54,756 bases of DNA from Candidatus Parcubacteria bacterium (GCA_018646705.1 JABGUG010000009.1:1-54756), one strand, 5' to 3'; counted from the first letter of the stretch, positions 1-9,098 are shown. The notes: generated by a model not told the origin, from the letters alone. Translations and numbers: made by a program.

Positions 1-108
1 GGTAAATTGTGTCCTAGAAAAGGAAAGTGTACAAGTAAGAAACTTTTTGACAAAATAAATAAAAAAATAGAAGTAATTTTGGATAAGACACCAATACTAG
101 ATGCTGAA
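1..108 (+). CDS. 3' end of a CDS truncated by the window edge; function not assignable
   Basis: Frame 1 is open from base 1 to TAA at 106-108 (..GKLCPRKGKCTSKKLFDKINKKIEVILDKTPILDAE*). Only 35 codons are visible. Confidence 0.3.
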
Positions 109-111
109 TAA

Positions 112-167
112 TCCTCCTTCGCTATCTCTTTCGCTAAAGCTACAGAGATCAAGAAAGCTACGGAGGA
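112..167. repeat. nested inverted repeat carrying the TTCGCTAAAGCT motif
   Basis: TCCTCC(112-117)..ATCTCT..AGAGAT..GGAGGA(162-167). The 12-mer TTCGCTAAAGCT recurs on the minus strand inside the lysS linker (28295-28320). Confidence 0.5.
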
Positions 168-207
168 CAAGAGCTCGCTAACGAATACTAAATTGTTTAT
201 TTAATTT

Positions 208-1464
208 ATGACATTTCCAATAAAGCCAGAAGAAAAAAAATTGGTGTATTTAGATCATGCCGCTACTACATATACAGATGAACGAGTAGTGAAAGCAATG
301 CAACCATATTTTACTGAAAAATTTGCAAACCCTTCAGGTCTTTATACTATTGGTCGAGAGGTCAATGGTGCGCTTAATGATGCACGTCGTACTATTGCTG
401 AAATACTTCATACATTACCAGATACTATTATTTTTACTGGTGGTGGTACAGAGTCAGATAATATGGCGGTTTTTGGTGTGGCTCGGAAATATGCAGACAA
501 AGGTAAACATATTATTACAACAAAATTAGAACATCATGCTGTCTTGCATTCATGTGAACAATTGGAAAAGGAAGGTTTTGAAGTTACTTATTTGGAACCA
601 GACTCACAAGGATTTATTTCTCCAAAAAAAGTTTCAGCAGCTCTGAGAGAAGATACTATACTAGTTTCTATAATGTATGGGAATAATGAGGTTGGAACTG
701 TAGAACCTATTGCAGATATTGGACGTGAAATTCTCAAGTGGAGAAAAACACACGCAACTAAATTTCCTTTTTTTCATACTGATGCATGTCAGGCACCAGG
801 AGCACTCGAGCTTGATGTAGAAAAACTACACGTAGATCTCATGACACTCAATGGGAGTAAGATTTATGGTCCAAAGGGCGTGGGAATATTATACAAACGT
901 CGCAATGTTCAATTGCAACCATTAATTTTTGGAGGAGGACAAGAAATGAGACTCAGAAGTGGTACAGAAAATGTACCAGGAATTGTGGGCTTGGCAAAAG
1001 CTTTAGAATTGGTACAAGAAAGACGAGAAGATGAATACATGCGACTTATTGATTTGAGAAATTATTTTTGGGATAGATTACAAAAAGATATACCAAAAAT
1101 AAAATTGAATGGTGCTGATTTGGGATTAACACGATTACCAAATAATTTAAATATTTCAATTTTGGATATTGAAGGCGAAGCATTACTTCTTTATCTAGAT
1201 GAATATGGAATTGTGTGTTCAACTGGTTCGGCATGTACGTCAGAATCTCTTGATCCATCACATGTATTACTTGCAATGGGTTTGCCATATGAATATGCTC
1301 ATGGAAGCCTACGTTTTACTTTAGGACAGAAAACAACAAAAGAAGATATTGATTATGTAATGAAATATTTACCAGAGATTGTAGAAAAGCTTCGTCAAAT
1401 CTCCCCAGTAAACCTTACACAAAATCCAGAAGAAAATACTCATCCAAAATATCATCAACGTTGA
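208..1464 (+). CDS. nifS: cysteine desulfurase (class V aminotransferase, NifS/IscS type)
   Basis: 418 aa. Has LDHAATT near the N-terminus, the PLP-lysine context NGSKIYGPKGVG, SGTENVPGIVG and the active-site loop STGSACTS. A NifU-type scaffold gene follows directly. Confidence 0.9.
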   Translation: MTFPIKPEEKKLVYLDHAATTYTDERVVKAMQPYFTEKFANPSGLYTIGREVNGALNDARRTIAEILHTLPDTIIFTGGGTESDNMAVFGVARKYADKGKHIITTKLEHHAVLHSCEQLEKEGFEVTYLEPDSQGFISPKKVSAALREDTILVSIMYGNNEVGTVEPIADIGREILKWRKTHATKFPFFHTDACQAPGALELDVEKLHVDLMTLNGSKIYGPKGVGILYKRRNVQLQPLIFGGGQEMRLRSGTENVPGIVGLAKALELVQERREDEYMRLIDLRNYFWDRLQKDIPKIKLNGADLGLTRLPNNLNISILDIEGEALLLYLDEYGIVCSTGSACTSESLDPSHVLLAMGLPYEYAHGSLRFTLGQKTTKEDIDYVMKYLPEIVEKLRQISPVNLTQNPEENTHPKYHQR

Positions 1465-1540
1465 TATCCTGATATTCGGATAATCCAGATTTACGGATTC
1501 GATATCTGTAAATCTGGATTATCCGGAAATCCGTATAGTA
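1463..1540. repeat. Rep-A copy 1: about 78-bp palindromic intergenic element
   Basis: Perfect 18-bp arms CGGATAATCCAGATTTAC (1477-1494) and GTAAATCTGGATTATCCG (1508-1525) around a 13-nt loop. It fills the nifS-nifU spacer. Confidence 0.9.
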
Positions 1541-1553
1541 TTAATAACAAGAT

Positions 1554-2219
1554 ATGGTTAATCAAAAAGGAGCCGCTATCAGAGATAACCAAGGTAATTC
1601 TTGGTTGTATTCTGATATTGTAAAAGACCACTTTTTTAATCCGCGAAATATTTTGTTTGCTGGTGAGGAAGAAGATTATGATGCTGATGCTATGGGTAGA
1701 GTAGGTTCTCCTGCATGTGGAGATGAGATGGTACTATGGCTAAAGATTGATAAGGACAGCGAGCGTATTAAAGAATGTAAATGGCAAACATTTGGCTGTG
1801 GAAGTGCAATTGCATCAACCTCTATGCTTTCAGTGATGCTTTCAGAAAACGGCGGTATGACACTTGATGATGCGTTGAAAATTAAACCACAAGACATTAT
1901 GGAGCGACTTGGTGGATTGCCAAATAGAAAAATTCATTGTTCAGTACTTGGTGACAAGGCTTTGCAATCCTCTATTAATGAATGGTTTCGAAAAACCGAT
2001 CAGCTAGATCGAATAATTACTGATGGAGCAAAAGTTATTGATGAAAAATTAAAAATTACTGATCATGATATAGAAGAGGCAGTACTTGAAGGTGCTCAAA
2101 CCTTGGAAGATGTACAAAAAAAGTTGAAAGTTGGTGCTGCAAGTCCTGAATCTATTCCAGAAATTGAACAACTTATTAGATTTTATAGTGAAAAATATTA
2201 TGGCGAAGCCTTTATATAA
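1554..2219 (+). CDS. nifU: NifU/IscU-type Fe-S cluster scaffold protein with a C-terminal extension
   Basis: Three scaffold cysteines in GSPACGDEM, FGCGSAIASTS and IHCSVLG. Adjacent to nifS. Confidence 0.85.
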   Translation: MVNQKGAAIRDNQGNSWLYSDIVKDHFFNPRNILFAGEEEDYDADAMGRVGSPACGDEMVLWLKIDKDSERIKECKWQTFGCGSAIASTSMLSVMLSENGGMTLDDALKIKPQDIMERLGGLPNRKIHCSVLGDKALQSSINEWFRKTDQLDRIITDGAKVIDEKLKITDHDIEEAVLEGAQTLEDVQKKLKVGAASPESIPEIEQLIRFYSEKYYGEAFI

Positions 2220-2650
2220 ATCCCGAACGCAGTGAGGGATCTTTCCTAAAGAAAAATGTCTTATGTACAACACGTGGGGAAGACAAATTATTATGTTTAT
2301 ATTTTAAGTAGTCTTAATGGCGTTATTTATGTTGGTTTTACTGATTGTCTTGTAAAACGTATTAAACAACATAAAAATGGTTTGTACAAAAATGCTTTTA
2401 CTAAAAAGTATAACGTACATAAACTTGTATATTGGGAACATTATTTTTTAAGGCAGGATGCATTAAATAGAGAGCAGCAGATAAAATCGTATAATCGAAA
2501 TAAAAAAATAAATTTAATTGAAAAAGATAATAAACATTGGAATGATCTCTACCCTTTCATTATAGAATTGTCTAAGAGGCGTCCAATATTTTAGCAAATT
2601 AAAACATGTCATCAAAAGGAAAGATCCCTCGTAGCTCTGCTTCTCGGGAT
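2220..2650. mobile_element. candidate gene-bearing member of repeat family Rep-B (inverted arms flanking a GIY-YIG gene)
   Basis: Left arm 2220-2246 is ATCCCGAACGCAGTGAGGGATCTTTCC. The right arm 2618-2650 reverse-complements to ATCCCGAGAAGCAGAGCTACGAGGGATCTTTCC. They share the outer ATCCCGA and the inner GAGGGATCTTTCC. Confidence 0.35.
2256..2594 (+). CDS. small stand-alone GIY-YIG (URI-domain) nuclease family protein
   Basis: 112 aa with YYVYILSS..GVIYVGFT..LVKRIKQHKNG, the GIY-YIG core pattern. Size is typical of YhbQ/COG2827-like proteins. Confidence 0.85.
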   Translation: MSYVQHVGKTNYYVYILSSLNGVIYVGFTDCLVKRIKQHKNGLYKNAFTKKYNVHKLVYWEHYFLRQDALNREQQIKSYNRNKKINLIEKDNKHWNDLYPFIIELSKRRPIF

Positions 2651-2923
2651 GGTGTAAAAGTTGAAGTCTGTTGTGGTGAAAATTGTTCAGCCAGAAATTC
2701 ACAAAAAGTTTTTGATACTTTGAAAAAAGAATTTGAAAATACAGAGAAGTGCGGTTGTCTAGGAAATTGTGGTAAAGGTCTCAATGTTCTTATTGACGAA
2801 AAGAGAATTTTGCATTATAGTAAAGAGCATAATATAGTTGAGCGCGTCAAAAGTGATGAAGGAGAAGTATTCAAACGTTTTACTGAAGAAGAACTAACAG
2901 ACGATTTTTTAAAAGATATTTAG
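2606..2923 (+). CDS. thioredoxin-like [2Fe-2S] ferredoxin-domain protein
   Basis: Cys spacing C-x4-C (CCGENC), then about 33 residues, then C-x3-C (CLGNC), as in NuoE-type 2Fe-2S domains. The first ~15 codons (SKGKIPRSSASRDG) are translated from the Rep-B right arm. Confidence 0.6.
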   Translation: MSSKGKIPRSSASRDGVKVEVCCGENCSARNSQKVFDTLKKEFENTEKCGCLGNCGKGLNVLIDEKRILHYSKEHNIVERVKSDEGEVFKRFTEEELTDDFLKDI

Positions 2924-2925
2924 TT

Positions 2926-3219
2926 ATGCCAGAACAGGAGCCAAAGCTTCCGGATAATCTACCAGAAGATATTTCAATGAAGATTCGTAAAGGTGGAAAA
3001 ATCCGTCGTATTGTTGTTGATAGGGAAGCTTGTATTGGAGCTCAATCATGTGTTGTGGTGGCTCCAGGTGTATTTCAAATGGATGATGAGAATTTGGCAT
3101 ATGTGACTGATCCAGATAGTACTGATGACGATATGATCACTCTTGCTGCCCAATCCTGTCCAGTACTAGCAGTCCACCTCTATGATGAGGATGGTAACAA
3201 AATATTTCCCTTAGATTAG
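2926..3219 (+). CDS. small single-cluster ferredoxin
   Basis: 97 aa. Has ACIGAQSC..VAPGVF..AAQSCPV, the pattern of single 3Fe/4Fe-4S ferredoxins. Confidence 0.75.
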   Translation: MPEQEPKLPDNLPEDISMKIRKGGKIRRIVVDREACIGAQSCVVVAPGVFQMDDENLAYVTDPDSTDDDMITLAAQSCPVLAVHLYDEDGNKIFPLD

Positions 3220-3239
3220 CTATTTTTATAGCTTTTTTA
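3218..3239 (+). terminator. weak AT-rich hairpin plus T-run after the ferredoxin gene
   Basis: AGCTAT-TTTT-ATAGCT followed by TTTTTT. Confidence 0.35.
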
Positions 3240-3332
3240 TTTATGTAAGATTATATACCCCCATCTCGTTTAATATAGTGAAGAATCATTATATTTGAAA
3301 AGAGAACGTATAAGGGGGACAGATCATTATTT

Positions 3333-3833
3333 ATGACCGCAGAGGAGAGAAAAAATGAATACGTGTCACTCTATAACGAATATACTGATCAAATATTTCG
3401 CTATTTTTATTTTCGTGTATATGAGCGTGAGAGAGCACTTGAATTGTCTCAAGAAGCATTTATTAGATTATGGAAATATGTAGCCTCTGGTAAAGAAATA
3501 GAACATCTCAAAGCATTGTTGTATAAAATTTCTCATAACCTTGCTATAGATGAAAGTAGAAAGAAAAAAGCATACTCACTTGATAACTTAATGCAAGATG
3601 GGTTTGAAATTCCAACAAATTTGAAAGATGAAAGAAATGATAAATTGGATGTGATGGCAATCTTACAAGAAGTAGAAGGAATAGGGGAGAGATATAAAGA
3701 AGTTATACTTTTGCGTTATGTAGAAGGAATGATGGTAAAAGACATTGCAGTAATACTTGAAGAATCTGAAAATGTCATTTCAGTACGACTACATAGAGGT
3801 ATAAAACAATTGTCAGAAAAATTTAAAGAATAA
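3333..3833 (+). CDS. ECF-type sigma-70 family RNA polymerase sigma factor
   Basis: 166 aa. Region 2-like (QEAFIRLWKY..) and region 4-like (EVILLRYVEGMMVKDIAVILEESENVISVRLHRG) segments. The partner gene starts 1 nt after its stop. Confidence 0.8.
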   Translation: MTAEERKNEYVSLYNEYTDQIFRYFYFRVYERERALELSQEAFIRLWKYVASGKEIEHLKALLYKISHNLAIDESRKKKAYSLDNLMQDGFEIPTNLKDERNDKLDVMAILQEVEGIGERYKEVILLRYVEGMMVKDIAVILEESENVISVRLHRGIKQLSEKFKE

Positions 3834-3834
3834 T

Positions 3835-6153
3835 ATGGAAGAATTATTTGAAAAATTCAATAAATCAACCAAGAATATACGCCTTAGTAATAAAGAGCGT
3901 GATCAAATGGATCATATAGTTACTGCTGTTATGGATGAATTTCCTATCCAAAAAAAGGTTGAAACAAAACAAAAAGAAAAAAAGGTAAAGATAGAAAAGC
4001 CTTTTAGATTTTTTGGTTTGCTTCCAGAAAAACTTGCTTACGTGGCACTCATGTTTGTGATTGTTGTAGGAACTGGTGCTGGTACTGCTTTTGCATCAGG
4101 AGATGCTTTGCCTGGAGAGTTTCTCTATGGTTTCAAAGTAGATGTGGTAGAAGAAGTAAAATCAAAATTTCTTTCTTCATCTCAAGCAAAAGCACAATAT
4201 GCATCAGAGCGTGTACTTATGAGATTACAAGAGATCCAAGAGCTTATTGATACAGATGTAGAGATTGATGACAAAATTATTAGAAAGGTAAATGAAAAAG
4301 TAAAAGAACATAGTAAGGGTGTTGTGCGTGCTACTGGTTCATTGCAAGAAGATGGTGACTCTGAAGCAATTATGGATGTTATTGAAGATCTCCAAGAATC
4401 ACTTGGTGCTTATAATAAATTATTGTTATCACTTATTGAAAAGGAAAATGACTTACGTGTAGTATCTAAATTGTCTGATGTATTAGAAAACATGGAAGCA
4501 ACTGAAAAAGCAGCTAAAACTGCTCAGATTGAACTTGTTGTTGGAGATGATGAAGATTATGTACACGAAACAGAAGGTAAATCAAAAACTACAACAGGTA
4601 GTCTACTTACTACAGGTGTTTCAAAAATAAATATATCTGCCCCATATGCAGGTGACGAAATTATGATAGGGACACCATTATCAGTTGTATGGGAAGTTAC
4701 AGAAGAGCCTAAAACCGATTTGTTTATATATGTAGAATTATGGGATGATGAAGGGTCTTTTGTAGGGTATATGAAATATGGTCAGGCCACTGCACGAGAG
4801 CACATTGCAAAAGGAATGGTATTCAATTGGAATCCAAAATATGTTTTTAGAATTATTTCAGGACAGGTAAAATGGGTAGAAATTAATCCTGGAAAATATC
4901 GTATTCGTATTTCTACAACACGAGAATACAGATCAAAAATAGTTGAATACGAAGGAGAGACTGGAGTATTGTATATACAAAGACCTCCATATGTAATATC
5001 GGGTAATACATCACCTGCAGAGACAAAGATCGTAGAAATATCAGATAGCGCAAGTTCTGGAGAAAAAAACCCTACTGAAATATCAAATGAACGTAGATTG
5101 ACTATAAGTATGCCACACAATTATTCTAGGTTGAAAATTGGGCAACAAAGTCAAATTTGGTGGAACGTCAATGACAATAATAAGGAAAACGCTCCAGGAT
5201 ATGTTCGTTTGGTAAATGCTGACTTACCTAATGAGAAACGCAATATTACATTTCTAGATAATCTTGCAAACAATCCCAAAGATTCTAATAAAACATGGTG
5301 GGGTAATGGATTTGCTCTTTGGACTGTGCCAAATGGTGTTACACCAGGAAGATATTATATTGAAATAGGCGATCGTTATGATAGTAATTTTTATGCACGA
5401 AGTTTTACATTTATTATATATGAAGATGTAGAAGCCAAGGTAGAAGTTTCACAAAAGCACATTGGCCCAATGAATATTTATGTTGGTCAAAATCATGTAA
5501 AGATTGCAGAGTTTGAAGTGCGTACGAATAAACCTGTAGCTCTTACCAATCTTAGAGTTTCATGTAAGTCTTCAAGTGGTCCACAATCGTTTGATAATAT
5601 GATGTTAGAATCTTCTTTGCAAGATAAGTATCAAACAAAAAGAGTTTCCATGATGTATGATGAAGAAAGTGTGTCATTTACTGGTTGGGAGTTTTATGGA
5701 GATAGAAATAAGCGTCATATTATTGAAGACAGAGAGGTGTTTTATGTTTATGCAAATATAAATTCTATTTTAGAAACGTCAGTAATGTCATGTGGTTTGT
5801 GGGAGTCAAATAGAATTAGTTTTTATGACTATGACAAGAAAAAAACTATTTCCGGAGATGGGCTTGCGTCATTTAATCATGGTTTTTCAGGAGTATTTGA
5901 TATCATAGGACAAAAATCTGAAGATTGGGATAAAAAAACTCCATACTATCTCACCTATGAATACCTTCAGATTTTAGAAAAAATTGGTATAGATCCATCT
6001 TCTATGCCGGAAAAAATGACATACCCATTGAGAGATTGTCTTGTAGGGCAGATTGGATTGAAAAGGTATGATACACTTTGGTATCAAAGAGATAAAGTAT
6101 CACTTGATGATGCATGGAGAGCATTACCATGTGCGAAATATTTGTCTAACTAA
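3835..6153 (+). CDS. single-pass membrane protein, putative anti-sigma partner with a large extracytoplasmic domain
   Basis: 772 aa with a short cytoplasmic N-terminus, one TM (AYVALMFVIVVGTGAGTAFA), a coiled-coil stretch and then a beta-rich region. Placement directly after the ECF sigma gene suggests the role. Confidence 0.5.
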   Translation: MEELFEKFNKSTKNIRLSNKERDQMDHIVTAVMDEFPIQKKVETKQKEKKVKIEKPFRFFGLLPEKLAYVALMFVIVVGTGAGTAFASGDALPGEFLYGFKVDVVEEVKSKFLSSSQAKAQYASERVLMRLQEIQELIDTDVEIDDKIIRKVNEKVKEHSKGVVRATGSLQEDGDSEAIMDVIEDLQESLGAYNKLLLSLIEKENDLRVVSKLSDVLENMEATEKAAKTAQIELVVGDDEDYVHETEGKSKTTTGSLLTTGVSKINISAPYAGDEIMIGTPLSVVWEVTEEPKTDLFIYVELWDDEGSFVGYMKYGQATAREHIAKGMVFNWNPKYVFRIISGQVKWVEINPGKYRIRISTTREYRSKIVEYEGETGVLYIQRPPYVISGNTSPAETKIVEISDSASSGEKNPTEISNERRLTISMPHNYSRLKIGQQSQIWWNVNDNNKENAPGYVRLVNADLPNEKRNITFLDNLANNPKDSNKTWWGNGFALWTVPNGVTPGRYYIEIGDRYDSNFYARSFTFIIYEDVEAKVEVSQKHIGPMNIYVGQNHVKIAEFEVRTNKPVALTNLRVSCKSSSGPQSFDNMMLESSLQDKYQTKRVSMMYDEESVSFTGWEFYGDRNKRHIIEDREVFYVYANINSILETSVMSCGLWESNRISFYDYDKKKTISGDGLASFNHGFSGVFDIIGQKSEDWDKKTPYYLTYEYLQILEKIGIDPSSMPEKMTYPLRDCLVGQIGLKRYDTLWYQRDKVSLDDAWRALPCAKYLSN

Positions 6154-6169
6154 ATATAGTTCAAAAATA

Positions 6170-6221
6170 AAAACAGCCTATACGTAGGCTGTTTTTTTGT
6201 TGAGACGCGATAAATCGCGTC
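6170..6221. terminator. bidirectional terminator region between convergent genes
   Basis: AAAAACAGCCTA-TACG-TAGGCTGTTTTTTT has A/T runs on both sides. The perfect palindrome GACGCGATAAATCGCGTC (6204-6221) lies next to the clpB stop. Confidence 0.7.
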
Positions 6222-6227
6222 CTTACT

Positions 6228-8873
6228 TTACTTTTTTATTTCTATTTTGTCTTTTACCACATCAACTTTTACACTATCACCCTCATCAATTTTCTTTTCA
6301 ATTATTTTCATAGCAAGGGGATCGAGTAATTTGGTTTGAATCACACGCTTTAGTGGTCGTGCACCAAGATTTTCATCATAACCTTTTTCAGAGAGCCAAT
6401 CTTTGGCTTTTTCAGTTATATTAATTTTTATCTTTTGTGCTTCAAGTCGTTTTGTAACAAGTTCAAGTTGAAGATCAACAATAGATCGGATTTGTTCTTT
6501 TTCAAGTGTGTGGAAAATAATGATTTCGTCAACACGATTTAAAAATTCTGGTTTAAAGTGTTCACGAAGTTGATCCATGACACGATCATTTATTTTTTCT
6601 TCTTTTTGTTTGGTTCCTTTTTTACCACTCGTTTTTGCCTCAAATCCAAAGTCACCTTTGCGTCCGAGTGAAACAATAAGTTCACTCGCAATGTTACTGG
6701 TCATTATGATGACAGTATTTTTGAAATTTACTTTTCGTCCCTTAGCATCAGTAAGATGTCCATCTTCTAGAATTTGTAACATAACATTGAACACATCTGG
6801 ATGAGCTTTTTCTATTTCATCAAAAAGTAGAACTGAGTAAGGTTTGCGTCTCACAATTTCAGTTAGCTGTCCACCTTCATCAAATCCTATGTATCCAGGA
6901 GGGGATCCGATCATTTTGCTCACGGCGTGCTTTTCCATATATTCACTCATATCTACTCGTACCAGTGCTTCTTCGTCATTGAATAAGAATTCTGCAAGTG
7001 TCTTTGCAAGTTCAGTTTTACCAACACCAGTAGGACCCATAAAGATGAAGGATCCGATAGGACGTTTTTCTTCTGAAATACCCGCACGACTTCTACGAAT
7101 TGCATTTGATACAGAAGTGATTGCTTCTGCTTGTCCTACGACACGTTTTTTGAGCTCGTCTTCCATTGTAGCAAGTTTTATTACTTCGTCTTGAAGCATT
7201 TTACTCACTGGAATTCCTGTCCATCGTGCGACAACACCTGCAATATCTTCTTCAATAACTTCTTCTTTCAAGATACTAGATTTTTTTTGTAAGTCAGCAA
7301 GTTTTTCTTCATATTTTTTTATAGCTTCTTCGATCATTGGAATTTTTCCATAACGAAGCTCAGCTACTTTTTGTAAGTCACCTTTACGTTCTTCTATTTC
7401 TGCTTCTTGCTTTAGTTTATCAATTTGTTTTTTATTATCTCTAATCTTAGTAATAATTTCTTTTTCATTTTGCCATTTCATTTCAATTTCTTTGCTCTGA
7501 TCTTTTAAATTTGCAAGCTCTTCTTTTAGTTTTTTCTGACGTTCTTTACTGTCATCATCTTTTTCTTTGTGTAGAGCTTTTAATTCAATTTCAATTTTCA
7601 TCATTTGGCGTTTCATTTTATCAAGATCATCTGGCATAGAGTCGATCTGCATTTTGAGTGCACTAGCTGCTTCATCAATTAGATCAATTGCCTTGTCTGG
7701 TAAGAATCTGTCAGTAATGTAGCGACTTGATAGATGAACTGCTGCCACAAGTGATGGGTCTGTAATTCGTACACCGTGATGTACTTCATATTTTTCTTTG
7801 ATACCACGCAAGATTGCGATTGCATCTTCCTCGCTTGGTTCAGTGACAAGTACTGGTTGGAAACGACGTTCAAAAGCAGCATCTTTTTCAATATGCTTTT
7901 GATATTCTTTCAAAGTGGTTGCACCGACCATGTGTAGTTCGCCACGTGCAAGACCAGGCTTTAGCATGTTACTTGCATCCACTGCACCTTCTGAGCTTCC
8001 TGCACCTACAATAGTATGTAGCTCATCTATGAAGAGCACTATCTTACCTTGTGCATCAGTAATTTCTTTTATTACTGCTTTGAATCTTTCTTCAAACTCA
8101 CCTCTAAATTTTGTTCCAGCAAGAAGAGATCCGAGATCAAGAGAAATAATTTCTTTGTCTTTCAAATTTTCTGGCACATCTCCATTTACAATACGTTGAG
8201 CTAGACCTTCTGCAATAGCAGTCTTACCAACACCAGGCTCACCAATGAGTACAGGATTGTTTTTTGTACGTCTTGTAAGCACTTGCATGACACGACGAAT
8301 TTCATCATCACGTCCAATGACTGGATCGAGTTTTTCTTTTCGTGCACGTTCAGTCAAATTAAGCCCATACTTTTCAAGCGCTTGGTAAGTGCTTTCTGGA
8401 GTAGGGGAATCAACACGCTGTGTTCCGCGAATTGTTTTCAAAACATTCAAAATATCGTCATACTGGACGCCTTGTCGTGATAGGGCGTCGCTTACTGGGT
8501 TTTTGTTTGTAAGAAATGATAAAAGGAGGTGTTCTACAGAAATAAAATCATCTTTCATCTTCTTTGCTTCTTTGTCTGCATTTTGCAATATATATAACAT
8601 GGATTGACCAAGCATCACCTGGCCCATTCCACCACCTTGGATCTTTCCTGGTTGTTTTGTAAGCCCATCAATCATTTTTTGTGTTTCTTCCTTCAATTCT
8701 TCAATAGTCGCATTTAGTTTTTTGAAAATAGAAATAACAACACCTTCTTCTTGGTTGAGAAGGCTTAAGAATAGGTGAGGAGGTTCAACTTGTGGTTGAC
8801 CATTCTCATTAGCGATTCCCTGAGCCGTTTGAATAGCTTCCTGGGATTTATTGGTAAAGTTCTGAGGCATCAT
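6228..8873 (-). CDS. clpB: ATP-dependent chaperone ClpB (two AAA+ modules with a coiled-coil middle domain)
   Basis: Walker A motifs GEPGVGKT and GPTGVGKT, with a long coiled-coil insert between the modules. Start moved from 9011 to ATG 8873 ([15 protein letters not shown]) because the first 46 track codons read through Rep-A copy 2. Confidence 0.92.
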   Translation of the reverse strand: MMPQNFTNKSQEAIQTAQGIANENGQPQVEPPHLFLSLLNQEEGVVISIFKKLNATIEELKEETQKMIDGLTKQPGKIQGGGMGQVMLGQSMLYILQNADKEAKKMKDDFISVEHLLLSFLTNKNPVSDALSRQGVQYDDILNVLKTIRGTQRVDSPTPESTYQALEKYGLNLTERARKEKLDPVIGRDDEIRRVMQVLTRRTKNNPVLIGEPGVGKTAIAEGLAQRIVNGDVPENLKDKEIISLDLGSLLAGTKFRGEFEERFKAVIKEITDAQGKIVLFIDELHTIVGAGSSEGAVDASNMLKPGLARGELHMVGATTLKEYQKHIEKDAAFERRFQPVLVTEPSEEDAIAILRGIKEKYEVHHGVRITDPSLVAAVHLSSRYITDRFLPDKAIDLIDEAASALKMQIDSMPDDLDKMKRQMMKIEIELKALHKEKDDDSKERQKKLKEELANLKDQSKEIEMKWQNEKEIITKIRDNKKQIDKLKQEAEIEERKGDLQKVAELRYGKIPMIEEAIKKYEEKLADLQKKSSILKEEVIEEDIAGVVARWTGIPVSKMLQDEVIKLATMEDELKKRVVGQAEAITSVSNAIRRSRAGISEEKRPIGSFIFMGPTGVGKTELAKTLAEFLFNDEEALVRVDMSEYMEKHAVSKMIGSPPGYIGFDEGGQLTEIVRRKPYSVLLFDEIEKAHPDVFNVMLQILEDGHLTDAKGRKVNFKNTVIIMTSNIASELIVSLGRKGDFGFEAKTSGKKGTKQKEEKINDRVMDQLREHFKPEFLNRVDEIIIFHTLEKEQIRSIVDLQLELVTKRLEAQKIKINITEKAKDWLSEKGYDENLGARPLKRVIQTKLLDPLAMKIIEKKIDEGDSVKVDVVKDKIEIKK

Positions 8874-8908
8874 ACGCTTGTCTTTTATAGAAATATATTT
8901 TTGAATAT

Positions 8909-8984
8909 TGAGATACGGATTTCCAGATAATCCAGATTTACAGATATTACATCCGTAAATCTGGATTATCTGTATATTAGGATA
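8909..8984. repeat. Rep-A copy 2 (inverted orientation relative to copy 1)
   Basis: Perfect 18-bp arms CAGATAATCCAGATTTAC (8924-8941) and GTAAATCTGGATTATCTG (8955-8972). It lies in the clpB 5' leader. Confidence 0.9.
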
Positions 8985-9004
8985 GTAAAAAACAGGTAAG
9001 TTAT

Positions 9005-9031
9005 TTATCACTCTAATAACCCGAGTGATAA
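9005..9031 (-). promoter_or_regulatory. CIRCE-like inverted repeat (candidate HrcA-type operator) on the clpB promoter
   Basis: TTATCACTC-N9-GAGTGATAA versus the CIRCE consensus TTAGCACTC-N9-GAGTGCTAA. It differs by one symmetric substitution and starts 1 nt downstream of the -10 box. Confidence 0.5.
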
Positions 9032-9032
9032 T

Positions 9033-9060
9033 ACTATAGCATATTGGAAAAAGTTGTCAA
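9033..9060 (-). promoter_or_regulatory. sigma-70-type promoter for clpB
   Basis: On the minus strand: TTGACA (9060-9055), a 16-nt spacer, then TATAGT (9038-9033), preceded by TGC. Confidence 0.6.
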
Positions 9061-9098
9061 TATATGCTAATATTATAGCATAATTTAAGTTTTTTATA

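Noticed and set aside
6577-8607. Several 60-116-aa + strand ORFs inside clpB, plus similar antisense ORFs inside lysS, mreB, the helicase, atpA, atpH and atpF (for example 53620-54444)
   Set aside because: All lie antisense to, or out of frame within, strongly supported conserved genes. They have low-complexity Ser/Phe/Leu-rich translations typical of shadow frames in AT-rich DNA.
8874-9011. N-terminal 46 codons of the clpB track ORF (MINNLPVFYYPNIQIIQIYGCNICKSGLSGNPYL..)
   Set aside because: This stretch is a translation of Rep-A copy 2. The same IQIIQIY string appears where another frame crosses Rep-A copy 3. ClpB-like sequence begins at [15 protein letters not shown] (ATG 8873).
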